Shown: positions 1-10,800 of the stretch, one piece after another
Layout: each line of letters starts with the position of its first letter
How positions within the stretch are numbered: the stretch's first letter is position 1
Source of the DNA: an uncultured Dehalococcoidia bacterium
GTDB lineage: Bacteria > Chloroflexota > Dehalococcoidia > Lucifugimonadales > UBA826
Assembly (NCBI GenBank): GCA_964343265.1
Contig: CAYFIW010000005.1
Location: 1 to 62,401 of the forward strand
Reading direction: 5' to 3'
Length of the DNA stretch: 62,401 nucleotides
Notes under the pieces: model-generated
Told to the model about the DNA's origin: nothing
The model's input: only the letters and a program-made list of their open reading frames with translations
Databases searched by the model: none
Position numbers and translations under genes: made by a program

Positions 1-1
1 C

Positions 2-856
2 ATCCCTACTGCTTTACTGTTATTCCTTCTGATTTCATATTCAGCAGTTCAAAAGCCTTCTGATGAAACTAGAAATCTTCAACCTATTTTCCTATTCGCA
101 TGCCTTCTTGCACTGGGAGGATTGGGCCTCATTATATTGGTGGATATATGGAGAGTAGAGGGTGATATAGAGAGAATGAATACGGTTTTCAAATTCTATA
201 TACAATCATGGGTGATGCTAGCAATTTCATCTAGTTATTTCAGTTACAGGGTATTGTCTTCATTTAATCAACTCCCTATCACAGCCAAGGTATCATGGAG
301 TCTGATATCCACAATATTGGTTTTAGGCAGCCTCATATATCCAGTTATGGGTTCACGGGACCGAATCCAAGACAGATTTGCACCTACCCCATTTTCATTA
401 AACGGATACAAGTACATAGAAGGCACTACTTACAACGACCCTGTCGGAACAATTAATTTGGAAAACGACTTTAAAGGAATCCTTTGGCTCAGACAAAACA
501 TAGAAGGATCTCCTGTGATTGCAGAAGGATTAACTCCATCTTACAGATGGGGAGGTAGAGTTTCAGTTCACACTGGCCTCCCTTCAGTCATAGGGTGGAA
601 ATGGCATCAGGAACAACAGAGATGGGATTACAGGCAATCAGTGGAAGACAGGAGAAGAGATATAGACATGCTTTACAGTAACCCATCGATGGCAGATGAG
701 ATCATAGATCGATACGGAATCAGCTACATATATGTAGGAAGTGTTGAAAATTTATATTACCCATCAGAGAGTATTAACGCCCTTAAAGAGGGACTCGACG
801 GCAAACTTGGCATAGTATTCGAATCAAATGAAGTAACAATTTTAAAGGTGAAATAG
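2..856 (+). CDS. DUF2298 / Chlor_Arch_YYY family integral membrane protein (putative GT-C-like glycosyltransferase), 5'-truncated by the window edge
   Basis: Frame is open from position 2, upstream of the listed TTG at 122. Motifs RMNTVFKFYIQSW, 'GLPSVIGWKWHQEQQR' and 'YGISYIYVG..E..YY' are typical of this family's C-terminal region. Confidence 0.75.
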   Translation: MPTALLLFLLISYSAVQKPSDETRNLQPIFLFACLLALGGLGLIILVDIWRVEGDIERMNTVFKFYIQSWVMLAISSSYFSYRVLSSFNQLPITAKVSWSLISTILVLGSLIYPVMGSRDRIQDRFAPTPFSLNGYKYIEGTTYNDPVGTINLENDFKGILWLRQNIEGSPVIAEGLTPSYRWGGRVSVHTGLPSVIGWKWHQEQQRWDYRQSVEDRRRDIDMLYSNPSMADEIIDRYGISYIYVGSVENLYYPSESINALKEGLDGKLGIVFESNEVTILKVK

Positions 857-881
857 GCTACTTAAAACCTTGTATATTTCA

Positions 882-1751
882 TCAACTAATTCTTGCGCCA
901 AACAAAAGTTTTTGCCGACGATAGATGTAATTTTCAGAAAGAAGTATCAAAGGTTTCCGCGCATCTAAAAAATTTTCCCCTAGTTTTTGAAAAACATCCG
1001 ACAAACCTAGCAACGTAGAAGTAGGATGTTCTCGGGCTAGTTTGTAAAATGTTTTTCCTTCATATTCGTAATCTTCCAGGCTTCTTTTAATTTTGCGTAC
1101 CCATTGATTATTATTTCTATTCCGCCCGTCTGTATCGGCCTGTACATACATATCGGTTCCGTATATTCCGGACAGAAATAAACACAAATCACCAATTCTT
1201 TTAAAATATTTGAACTGATCAGGAATCTCAGCTTTGGATGCAAATTTAATCAAACTATCTACATCCAGATCACTATATTTAACTCTACGCTTAATGCCTT
1301 TTCTAATCCTTACTGGAACAACGTATGAGTGTATTTTGGTAAAAGACGCAAGCATATGAGCTAAATACTCCAAAACATCCGGGATATCCAAAAACGTGGT
1401 AACTTCTTGAGAATCAAACACAGGTATCTTGACATTACCGGATTTCTCTATGGTATAGGAAACTGATTCTAGGTCGTCTTGGGCTTTCCTCAACAACACT
1501 TCAAAGTACAACCGTGGCGATATCTTTAAAAGAACATCTTCGTCCTCTGTAATTTTAAAAAACGCACGTCTGTCGGATACAACTGCTTTTCTATAGTCAC
1601 GGTCATATTTGATAGCTTTACGAACACCCGAAGATTCTCTACCACAAGCGGAAATTGCAGAGACTAGAAAATCTATATCACGATCAGTTAATTCCAAATC
1701 TATATGATCATTTTTCATTTGATAAGACTCATTTGAGGAGCATTTTTTCAT
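882..1751 (-). CDS. conserved hypothetical protein (alternative ATG at 1718)
   Basis: 289-aa ORF filling the gap, with globular helical composition and a motif-like segment KRIGDLCLFLSG. No function recognised. Confidence 0.7.
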   Translation of the reverse strand: MKKCSSNESYQMKNDHIDLELTDRDIDFLVSAISACGRESSGVRKAIKYDRDYRKAVVSDRRAFFKITEDEDVLLKISPRLYFEVLLRKAQDDLESVSYTIEKSGNVKIPVFDSQEVTTFLDIPDVLEYLAHMLASFTKIHSYVVPVRIRKGIKRRVKYSDLDVDSLIKFASKAEIPDQFKYFKRIGDLCLFLSGIYGTDMYVQADTDGRNRNNNQWVRKIKRSLEDYEYEGKTFYKLAREHPTSTLLGLSDVFQKLGENFLDARKPLILLSENYIYRRQKLLFGARIS

Positions 1752-1899
1752 TCAGATGATCTTACACATCTAGATGTAAGTAGACTATCCGGATAGGTAG
1801 GACTTCATCAATACCAGACAACGCCCCGTATGTAATTGACACTCCTGCTATTGGTATAGACAATGTCGCATACCTCGTAGTCCTTGGAGAATTAAAAGA

Positions 1900-3117
1900 T
1901 TGCCATACACAGTACTCGACAACTTTTTGGTGCTTGACTTATCTAATCGTTTATCAGGCTCATTTTGCGCGAAAACCCTCGGTTTATATGGATGCGACGT
2001 TATTAAAGTAGAACCAGTCATTGGTGATCCAAATAGAGAGTGGAAGGACTACATTGATGATGACAAGAACACGATAAATCCTTTGTTTCTACACCTTAAT
2101 GTCGGAAAAAAAAGCCTATCTCTAGATATTGAAAGCCCTGAAGGGTCAAAAATATTGAAACAATTGATAAAAAAGGCCGATATAGTTGTTGAGACATTTA
2201 AACCCGGATACCTCGACTCTATTGGTTTAGGGTATGAATCAAGTACAAAGGACAACCAAGGACTCATCATGACGTCGGTTACTCCCTTTGGACAGAGTGG
2301 CCCTTACCGAAACTATGACTACACAGAATTGACTATATTCGCCATGTCAGGTGCAATGCATAGAGAAGGTTTACCAGATAGATCCCCATTGAGATATGGC
2401 GGAGAAATAGCGCAATACTATTCGGGAAACGCCGCAGCGGCTGCGACTAGCGTGGCAATATTCCGTAAGTTACAAACAAACTTGGGGGAATGGATAGATA
2501 TATCCATCCAAGAATGCATGGCAGGACATCCGCACCAGATAGGAAGAAGAGCACCATTTATATACTCAGGCGAAACAGACCCACGCACCGAACCTAGAAT
2601 ATTACCAGGAATAGGAGAATCCTACGCTATTGGCACTTTCCGTTGTGCCGACGGTTATGTCAGTTTCCTTCCACTTGGAGCCAGAATGTGGCCAAACATT
2701 GCAAGAATGATTGGTCGAGATGATCTTATAACTCATCCAGATTATTTAGATTCAGAAAAGCGATTAGAAAACAGAAAAAGCCTAGAAACTATATTTCAAT
2801 CATGGCTAGATCAACACACAAGAGAAGAAATATTTTCAGCAGTGCAAAAAGCCGGAGTACCTGGATCACCCATTTTAAGAAGTGACGAAGTAACCGAAAA
2901 TGAACAATTTAAGGCACGAGATTATTTCACTGAATTAGATTATCCGTCAGTAGGAACCCAAAAGTACACTGGAGACCCTTTTAGATTAACTTCGATTCCT
3001 AAGAAAGATGCGCTCCCTCCCCCTACATTAGGTCAACATAACCATATAATTTTGGAGAATTATTTAAACTACACAAATTCAGATATCGTTCGATTGAAAA
3101 AAGCCAAAGTTATATGA
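1900..3117 (+). CDS. family III (CaiB/BaiF) CoA-transferase, probable non-catalytic subunit
   Basis: VLDLS..LSGSFC..LG..GCDVIKVEP, LNVGKKSLSLD, ADIVVETFKPG, SVTPFGQSGPY, PPTLGQHN. The catalytic Asp position reads Q (EIAQYYSG). TTG start with GGAG RBS. Confidence 0.9.
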   Translation: MPYTVLDNFLVLDLSNRLSGSFCAKTLGLYGCDVIKVEPVIGDPNREWKDYIDDDKNTINPLFLHLNVGKKSLSLDIESPEGSKILKQLIKKADIVVETFKPGYLDSIGLGYESSTKDNQGLIMTSVTPFGQSGPYRNYDYTELTIFAMSGAMHREGLPDRSPLRYGGEIAQYYSGNAAAAATSVAIFRKLQTNLGEWIDISIQECMAGHPHQIGRRAPFIYSGETDPRTEPRILPGIGESYAIGTFRCADGYVSFLPLGARMWPNIARMIGRDDLITHPDYLDSEKRLENRKSLETIFQSWLDQHTREEIFSAVQKAGVPGSPILRSDEVTENEQFKARDYFTELDYPSVGTQKYTGDPFRLTSIPKKDALPPPTLGQHNHIILENYLNYTNSDIVRLKKAKVI

Positions 3118-4463
3118 ACCAACAGAACCGAACCCAAGATAGTGTCCCTCCCCTTAAAGGAGTTCGAGCTTTAGAGTTAGCAGAAATATGGGCTGGTCCA
3201 TATTGTGGATGCCTATTGGCTGATATGGGAGCTGAAGTAATAAAAATAGAATCCATACAAAGAATATCAAGAGGGCCAGTATCTCCTCCTAAAGGGAGCA
3301 GTGGATATCCAGAGTATGACCCAGGCTTACGCCCTTGGAATCGTCAAGCTAATTTTAATTCAACCAACAGAAATAAAATGGGAATTACCCTAGATTTAAA
3401 AACACCGGAAGGTGCCAATACATTTCGAGATCTTGCAAAAGCGAGTGACATTATTTTTTGCAACTATGCTAGGAATGTTATGGATGGATTTGGTCTAGGT
3501 TATGAGGCTATAAAAAATATTAAACCGGACATTATTTACATGCTGATGCCCGGATATGGAAATACAGGACCCTATAAGGATTACAGAAGTATGGGAATGG
3601 CTATCGATGCAATAAGCAGCCATTCATTTCTTCGTGGCTATCCTGACTTGGAGCAATCTTCAAATTCGCTCGTTCATCATCCGGATGCAGTAGCGGCTGT
3701 AAATGGAGTACTTGCCATCACCACTGCTCTGATTCATAGAGAGCAAACTGGCCAGGGTCAATTTATCGACATGTCGCAAGCCGAATCATTCATGACGCAT
3801 TTGGGTGAAATATATATAGAAAGCCAAATGCGTGGTACTCCTAGAAAACGAAGAGGGAATAGGAACCCAGGATACGCTCCACAAGGAGTATACAGATGTT
3901 CTGGAACCGATAATTGGATCGCTATAAGTATAGTAAATGAGGATCAATGGAAATCTTTTGTCAATGTAGCTGATATAGATGAAATTAGAGATATTAAATA
4001 TTCAACCGTAAAAGGTAGACTAGAATCTCATGACGTATTGGATTTCCACATAGAGAACTGGACTTCCAATAATGACAGATACGAGTTAATGGGAAAATTA
4101 CAAGATAACGGAATACCAGCTGGTGTAGTTATAGACTGCGGGGCTGACACTTATGCAGACCCACACTTAAACGATAGAGAATTCTTCCAGATCGTTGACC
4201 ATCCGGATGCAGGAATTTTTCCAATGTCGGGACCAGTAATTAGGTTTGCAAGTCAAAAGGATATTATTCGTCACGAACCATCGCCTACCTTAGGACAACA
4301 CAATGAATATGTTCTAGGTGACATATTAGGCTACGACCAGAGTCATATTGATGATTTAAAGCAAGAAGAGATCATAGGCATAACTCCTCTCTTAGGCGCC
4401 GATTTAGGTGGATCTCGTAGAGCTGCAGAAGAATTGAAGCGTCAAAAATCGAACGGAAACTAA
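3114..4463 (+). CDS. family III (CaiB/BaiF) CoA-transferase, catalytic subunit
   Basis: LELAEIWAGPYC..LADMGAEVIKIE, NRNKMGITLDLK, GYGNTGPY, HHPDAVAA (Asp retained), GQGQFIDMS, PTLGQHN. ATGA overlap with the upstream gene. Confidence 0.92.
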   Translation: MNQQNRTQDSVPPLKGVRALELAEIWAGPYCGCLLADMGAEVIKIESIQRISRGPVSPPKGSSGYPEYDPGLRPWNRQANFNSTNRNKMGITLDLKTPEGANTFRDLAKASDIIFCNYARNVMDGFGLGYEAIKNIKPDIIYMLMPGYGNTGPYKDYRSMGMAIDAISSHSFLRGYPDLEQSSNSLVHHPDAVAAVNGVLAITTALIHREQTGQGQFIDMSQAESFMTHLGEIYIESQMRGTPRKRRGNRNPGYAPQGVYRCSGTDNWIAISIVNEDQWKSFVNVADIDEIRDIKYSTVKGRLESHDVLDFHIENWTSNNDRYELMGKLQDNGIPAGVVIDCGADTYADPHLNDREFFQIVDHPDAGIFPMSGPVIRFASQKDIIRHEPSPTLGQHNEYVLGDILGYDQSHIDDLKQEEIIGITPLLGADLGGSRRAAEELKRQKSNGN

Positions 4464-4538
4464 TCATCACTCATTTCTCATAAATAGTTTAGTGGTAAAA
4501 GTATCTGATAGTTAAGGCACGCGTAAAAGGAGAATCCC

Positions 4539-6431
4539 ATAAATCAACAACGCTCCTACGGTTTGTGGGAATCACCGATTTCAGCAAGCCTAGTCGCCTC
4601 AAGTAAGATCAACTTTGGCGACTTAGCAATAGACGGAAATGACATTTACTGGACAGAGACCAATCCCGAGGAAAACGGCCGCTCAGTAATAGTCAGACAT
4701 AGAGAAAATGCCCCAATCAAAATAATTAACAGGGCTCCATACGATGTAAAAAACAGAGTCCACGAATATGGGGGAGGATCGTTTTGCGCCCACAATGGAA
4801 CGGTATTTTTTTCAAATTTTACCGATCAGAAGATTTATAGAGTCAAAGAAACCGATAAAGATCCTGAACCTATTACCTCCAATTTTGACGATACAAGATA
4901 CGCTGACTACATCTTCGATGCCTCGAGAAAAAATCTTATTGGTATACGGGAAACTCATAGTGAGTCAGGGTCGATCGAAAATTGCATAGTGGCTATTGAT
5001 ACTGAAGGACGTCAAAAGGAAAAAATATTAGCAGTAGGAGCCGACTTCTATTCTTCTCCAAGACTGAGTCCAGATGCAAAATTTTTAGCATGGATACAGT
5101 GGAACCACCCTAATATGCCATGGGATTCAACTGAGCTTTGGGTCGCAGAACTTGATAATTTAGGTGACTTTAAGAGTTGTTCAAAAATTCAAGGGTTTCA
5201 GAAAGAATCTGTTTGTGATCCATCATGGTCACCTGAAGGAAAACTACATTTTGTATCAGATGTTTCGGGGTGGTGGAACATATATAAACAGGAAGATACC
5301 GAAATTATAAACATAACCCCTTTTGAAGCAGAATTTACACAACCTAAGTGGGGACTTGGCGCAATTTTTTACGGATTTGTTAACAAAAAAGAATTGTTTT
5401 GCGCGTTCAACAAGAAAGGGCACTGGTCTTTTGGAAAGATTTCTCATGATAACGTCTTTTCGGACACCAAATTCGATCACGAAATTAATGATATAGGTCG
5501 TTCAGGAATTAAGGTACATGATAACCAAATTCTTTTAAGCGCTGGCTCACATGTCGGACAAGAATCTATTTTTTTAATGAATGAAGACGGTCTTATCAAT
5601 AATTTGAGAAACTCATGCTCTAATGAATTTCCTGTCGACCTAATTTCAGTGCCAGAAACAATTGAATTTAGAACAGAAGATGCTGAGATAGCTCACGGAT
5701 TTTTCTACCCTCCACGGAACCCCAAATTTTATGCGCCCAACAATGAACTCCCTCCGCTGCTTGTACTGAGCCATGGAGGTCCAACAGGATCGACCTCCAC
5801 CGCCCTTAATGTAGCCATACAATTTTGGACTACCAGAGGATTTGCCGTCTTGGATGTTAACTATAGAGGTAGTACGGGGTATGGATCGAGATACAGAAAA
5901 AGCCTTTATGGAAAATGGGGCATATCGGATGTACAAGATTGCATAAACGGAGTAGATTTCCTGGCAAGGGCCGGAAAAGTGGATAAAGAAAAACTTGCTA
6001 TACGTGGCAGTAGCGCAGGAGGATTCACAACTCTGGCCGCGCTTACATTTACTAATAAATTTCAAGTTGGCGCCAGTTATTATGGAATAAGTGACCTTGA
6101 GGCCTTAGCGATAGAAACCCATAAATTTGAATCACATTACATGGAATCATTGATAGGAAAATACCCTGAAAACAAAAAGCTGTATCTTGATCGATCGCCT
6201 CTCATGCACAGTGAACGTTTATCATGCCCAATAATTCTTTTTCAGGGGTCTGACGATAAGGTTGTGCCTCCAAATCAATCTCAAAGAATGGCTAATTCCC
6301 TTGAAACTCAAGGAATAAAAGTCTCATACACTGTCTATGACGGGGAAGGACACGGATTTAGAAAATCGGCAAATATAGAGGATAGCCTAAACTCAGAGCT
6401 TGAGTTTTATTTGGACGTCCTGTCAATATAA
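4539..6431 (+). CDS. S9 family (prolyl oligopeptidase / acylaminoacyl peptidase) serine peptidase
   Basis: HGGPT, NYRGSTGYG, nucleophile GSSAGG, DDKVV and EGHG complete the triad. Start placed at ATA 4539 behind AAGGAG; the ORF track uses TTG 4563. Confidence 0.9.
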   Translation: MNQQRSYGLWESPISASLVASSKINFGDLAIDGNDIYWTETNPEENGRSVIVRHRENAPIKIINRAPYDVKNRVHEYGGGSFCAHNGTVFFSNFTDQKIYRVKETDKDPEPITSNFDDTRYADYIFDASRKNLIGIRETHSESGSIENCIVAIDTEGRQKEKILAVGADFYSSPRLSPDAKFLAWIQWNHPNMPWDSTELWVAELDNLGDFKSCSKIQGFQKESVCDPSWSPEGKLHFVSDVSGWWNIYKQEDTEIINITPFEAEFTQPKWGLGAIFYGFVNKKELFCAFNKKGHWSFGKISHDNVFSDTKFDHEINDIGRSGIKVHDNQILLSAGSHVGQESIFLMNEDGLINNLRNSCSNEFPVDLISVPETIEFRTEDAEIAHGFFYPPRNPKFYAPNNELPPLLVLSHGGPTGSTSTALNVAIQFWTTRGFAVLDVNYRGSTGYGSRYRKSLYGKWGISDVQDCINGVDFLARAGKVDKEKLAIRGSSAGGFTTLAALTFTNKFQVGASYYGISDLEALAIETHKFESHYMESLIGKYPENKKLYLDRSPLMHSERLSCPIILFQGSDDKVVPPNQSQRMANSLETQGIKVSYTVYDGEGHGFRKSANIEDSLNSELEFYLDVLSI

Positions 6432-6442
6432 TTATATTGAGA

Positions 6443-7540
6443 TCAAAAACCCTTTAACTTTAGCTGAATCTCATCTTCTTGATTTTCCAATGATTTAAAT
6501 CCAGATATGCCCACTCCAACCAACCGGAATTTAGAATCTCCCAATAGCTCTAAGTTTAATAATTTTAGAGCTGATTCAGCTATCTCCGAGGAGAGCTGCA
6601 TAGATTCTGTGGAAGTCACCTGTCTCGTATAAGTTTTGAAATCTGAGTCTCTCAACTTCAATTTAACCGTTTTACCTTTTAATCCTCGTCGCATTAAAGA
6701 GGTCCCAACATCTTGACTCAATCGTCGAACAATTTCTTCTAGTTCATCCCTGTCTGAAGTATCAAACATGAGAGTAGTCTCAGAACTGTAAGACTTTCGA
6801 ATTCTCTGAGCTACGACGGGACGATTATCAATACCCTGGGACATTAGACGTAACGATTTTCCATTAGCTCCAAAAAATTCATAAAACCAAGCATCATTTT
6901 GTTGAGATAACTGACCTATAGTACGTATATTCAGTGTCTCTAATCTCTTCGTAGTCTTGGGTCCTATCCCCCAGAGACATTGAACAGGTAATGGAAATAA
7001 AAAATCCTTTTCCATACCCGGTCTAACTATCGTAAAGCCATCAGGTTTATCATTGTCAGAAGCAATCTTGGCGACAGATTTTGATGTCGCAACACCCACA
7101 GATATTGTTAACCCAAGCTGAGATTGAACTTCTTTTTTTAGACTTCTTGCAATTTCAGGAGGTGTTCGCTGTTCATTTTCCAAGTCAGAAACATCAATGT
7201 ATGCCTCGTCCAATGAAAGGGGCTCTATTCGATCTGTAATTCCCCTAAACATCTCCATAACTTTGGCAGACACCTCACGATAAACATCGAACCTGGGAGG
7301 TTTGCGTATCAAGCTAGGGCAAAGTTTCAAAGCTCTACTCATAGGCATAGCGGATTTAACACCAAAGCTACGCGCTTTGTATGAAGCAGAGGCTACCACC
7401 CCTCTCTTTTCATGACTTCCACCAACAACTACAGGTTTACCAAAAAGATCAGGATCATCTCTTTGTTCAACTGAAGCATAAAACGCATCAAAATCCGCGT
7501 GAATTATGCCTCTATTATTTTCAGGGAATTCTCGTTTCAT
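6443..7540 (-). CDS. dinB: DNA polymerase IV (Y family)
   Basis: IIHADFDAFYASVEQRD, RGVVASASYKAR..GVKSAMP, SLDEAYID, AKIASD..KPDG, WGIGPKT, C-terminal RLVGV. Confidence 0.96.
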   Translation of the reverse strand: MKREFPENNRGIIHADFDAFYASVEQRDDPDLFGKPVVVGGSHEKRGVVASASYKARSFGVKSAMPMSRALKLCPSLIRKPPRFDVYREVSAKVMEMFRGITDRIEPLSLDEAYIDVSDLENEQRTPPEIARSLKKEVQSQLGLTISVGVATSKSVAKIASDNDKPDGFTIVRPGMEKDFLFPLPVQCLWGIGPKTTKRLETLNIRTIGQLSQQNDAWFYEFFGANGKSLRLMSQGIDNRPVVAQRIRKSYSSETTLMFDTSDRDELEEIVRRLSQDVGTSLMRRGLKGKTVKLKLRDSDFKTYTRQVTSTESMQLSSEIAESALKLLNLELLGDSKFRLVGVGISGFKSLENQEDEIQLKLKGF

Positions 7541-7615
7541 TTAGCCCCACAACCGATAAACCAGGTGCAAACATTTTACAAAGCCATTAGATCATGGTTA
7601 TTCTGTATAGTGGTG

Positions 7616-7645
7616 TTGACCTTTCCTTGTGAACTATAGTAATAT
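7616..7645 (+). promoter_or_regulatory. putative sigma-70 promoter of rpoBC (TTGACC-N18-TAATAT)
   Basis: Near-consensus hexamers at 7616-7621 and 7640-7645, about 175 nt upstream of the rpoB start (AAGGAG RBS). Confidence 0.5.
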
Positions 7646-7820
7646 TTTCAACGTGGAGCAACTATACCCCCAAGGCTTTATTTATTTCATTTCTAGGCTA
7701 ACGTGTGGACACGCGTTGGATTATGTTGGTTCACCTCGCGTTGAGCAAAAAATAAGCAGGCTCATAGTAGAAACCCCATCATAGCCACCTCATCAAATTG
7801 ACTAAGGAGTGTGACGACCT

Positions 7821-10800
7821 ATGACTTCGTCTACATCACCCAGATATAACGACATTTTCCCTTCGGTAAAGTCGTTTTCCAAAATTGAACGAATCTTGGA
7901 CGTTCCAGATTTAATAGACGTGCAAAAAGATTCTTTCAATTGGTTTACAAGCAAGGGACTCACAGATTTATTTGAAGAAATCTCTCCGATAGAGGATAAC
8001 CAGGGTCAAAATTCCAGATTTTCTTTGCGATTTGTAGGCCACGACTTTGAAGATCCTAAATTCACTGAAGAAGAGTGTAGAACACACGAAAAAACTTTCG
8101 ACGCTTCTTTGTACGTGACTGTCGAATTGCAAATCAATGCGGCAGGTCCAGGACAAGGGGAAGTTAAAGAGCAAAGGCTTTATGTAGGTAATATACCAAT
8201 TATGACTTCTGCTGGAACTTTCATAATCAATGGAGCGGAGAGGGTTGTTGTTAGCCAGCTAGTTAGATCTCCAGGTGTTTATTTCACTGAAGATAGGGAC
8301 CCAGGATCCGGCAGACCTTTGTCTTCTGCTAAATTAATCCCATACCGCGGAGCATGGATGGAATTTGAAACTAGTAACAGGGATGTCCTGTACGTAAAGG
8401 TAGACAGAAAGAGAAAGACACCAGTCACAACTCTTTTGAGGGCTCTTGGGTATGAAACAGATCAAGAGATTATTGAGTTGTTTGAAGATGTTGACACAAA
8501 TGATGACCATCAATTCATTAAGACAACAATAGCAAAAGATTCTTCAGTCACTAGCAGTGAAGAGGCTTTAATAGAGTTTTATAGGAGGTTGAGGCCAGGC
8601 GAACCTCCTAACGCAGAGAATGCAAGAAATTTGATAGATAGTCTTTTCTTTGACACAAGAAGGTATGACCTAGGGAAAGTAGGAAGGTACAAACTAGACA
8701 GCAATCTGAAGGGTCCCGAAAATGCCTATCGAGACAGTGTAGAGAACGAAAGAATCTTAGCAAAAGAAGACATAATAAATTTGTTAAGAAGGCTCATAGA
8801 GATTAATAATGAAAAGCGTAGAGCGAACGACATTGACCATTTGGGAAACAGAAGAGTTAGAGCAGTAGGAGAACTGATACAAAACCAGGTGCGAGTGGGA
8901 TTGCTTAGAATGGAACGAGTCATCAAAGAAAGGATGACGATCCAACCTGATCCTTCCAGCACAACACCTGCAGCCCTAATCAACGTACGCCCAGTAGTAG
9001 CAGCCGTCAGAGAGTTCTTTGGTGGATCTCAACTATCCCAGTTTATGGATCAAGCAAATCCATTAGCCGAGCTGACTCACAAACGGCGATTATCTGCCCT
9101 AGGACCCGGTGGATTATCTAGAGAAAGGGCTGGCTTTGATGTTAGAGATGTCCATCATTCCCATTACGGACGAATTTGCCCGATTGAAACTCCAGAAGGA
9201 CCAAACATTGGTCTTCTGGTTTCTTTGGCTACCTATGCTAAAACTAACGCATTCGGCTTTATAGAAACTCCATACCGAAAAGTGTTGACCGAACTAAGTA
9301 ATGGAGATGCCAGTCAGCTCATCGGACACACTCCTATTGATAACATCGTATCAAATGATGGTAAGACAATAGTAAGGGGTGGCACTCAAATAACTGTAAG
9401 AACAGCTGGCAGAATAGCTTCGCAAGAAACAAAAACTTTTAAAGTCAAACCATATGTTTCACGCTCAATACAGGACATTGTTCATCTTTCAGCAGATGAC
9501 GAAGAGAACTACTTTATCGCTCAAGCGAATTCGCCTATTAATGACGCTGGTGAATTTATTGAAGACAGGGTCGAGACTAGAAAGGGTGAAATAGTTGGTA
9601 TGGAATCAACATCTGAAGTCACGTACATGGACGTGTCTCCTCTCCAACTAGTCAGCGTATCAACATCACTAATTCCTTTCTTGGAGCATGATGATGCAAA
9701 CCGAGCACTAATGGGTTCTAACATGCAAAGACAGGCCGTACCACTTATGAAACCGGAAAGTCCCTTGGTTGGTACAGGAATGGAGGAAAGAGTAGCTAGG
9801 GACAGTGGACAGGTGGTTCTTTCGAAGTCAAATGGAGTCGTCACTTCCGTGACAGGCGACTCGATAGAAGTGACTAGTGACGATGGAGAAATACATACAC
9901 ATAATTTAGTTAAATTCCATAGAAGTAATCAAGGAACCTGTATAAACCAGAGACCTATTATAGACAAAGGCAGTGTAGTTAAAACAGGAGAAATTTTAGC
10001 TGATGGTTCATCCACGGACACCGGTAAGCTTGCATTGGGACAAAATGTTCTAGCCGCTTTCATGACTTGGGAAGGCTACAATTTTGAAGACGCAATTATC
10101 CTAAGTAACAGACTAATTAAAAGCGACAAATTCACATCAATACACATTGAGAAACATGAAATCGAAGCCAGAGACACCAAACTAGGCCCGGAAGAAATCA
10201 CAAGAGATATTCCGAATATAGGAGAAGAAAGTCTCAGAAATTTGGATGAAGATGGGATTATACGAATCGGTGCAGAGGTAGGGAATAGGGACATCCTTGT
10301 AGGGAAAATTACTCCAAAGGGAGAAACAGAATTAAGTGCAGAGGAGAAATTGCTGAGAGCAATTTTTGGAGAGAAAGCACGCGACGTAAAAGACTCTTCC
10401 CTCTACGTACCACATGGACAGGGCGGAAAAATAATAGACGTCAAAATTTTGGAAAGAGATAAAGGTGATGACCTCTCCCCTGGGGTTAACAAGCTCGTGA
10501 GAGTTTGGGTGGCTCAAACAAGAAAAATAACTGAGGGAGACAAGATGGCAGGACGCCATGGCAATAAAGGCGTGATCGCAAAAATAATGCCTGAAGAAGA
10601 CATGCCATTTTTGCCAGACGGAACACCCGTTGACATCATATTGAATCCTATCGGTGTCCCATCAAGAATGAATCTAGGCCAAGTTCTAGAAACTCATCTT
10701 GGTTGGGCCGCTCACCAACTAGGTTTCGGAGCTGAAACACCCGTATTTGATGGCGCCGAGGATGTAGAAATAGAAGATGAATTGGCAAAGGCTTGGATTA

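Noticed and set aside
7631..7642. GAAC-TATA-GTAA as a LexA box for dinB
   Set aside because: It has two mismatches in one half-site and sits within the putative rpoB promoter. It cannot be supported, even though dinB is often SOS-regulated.
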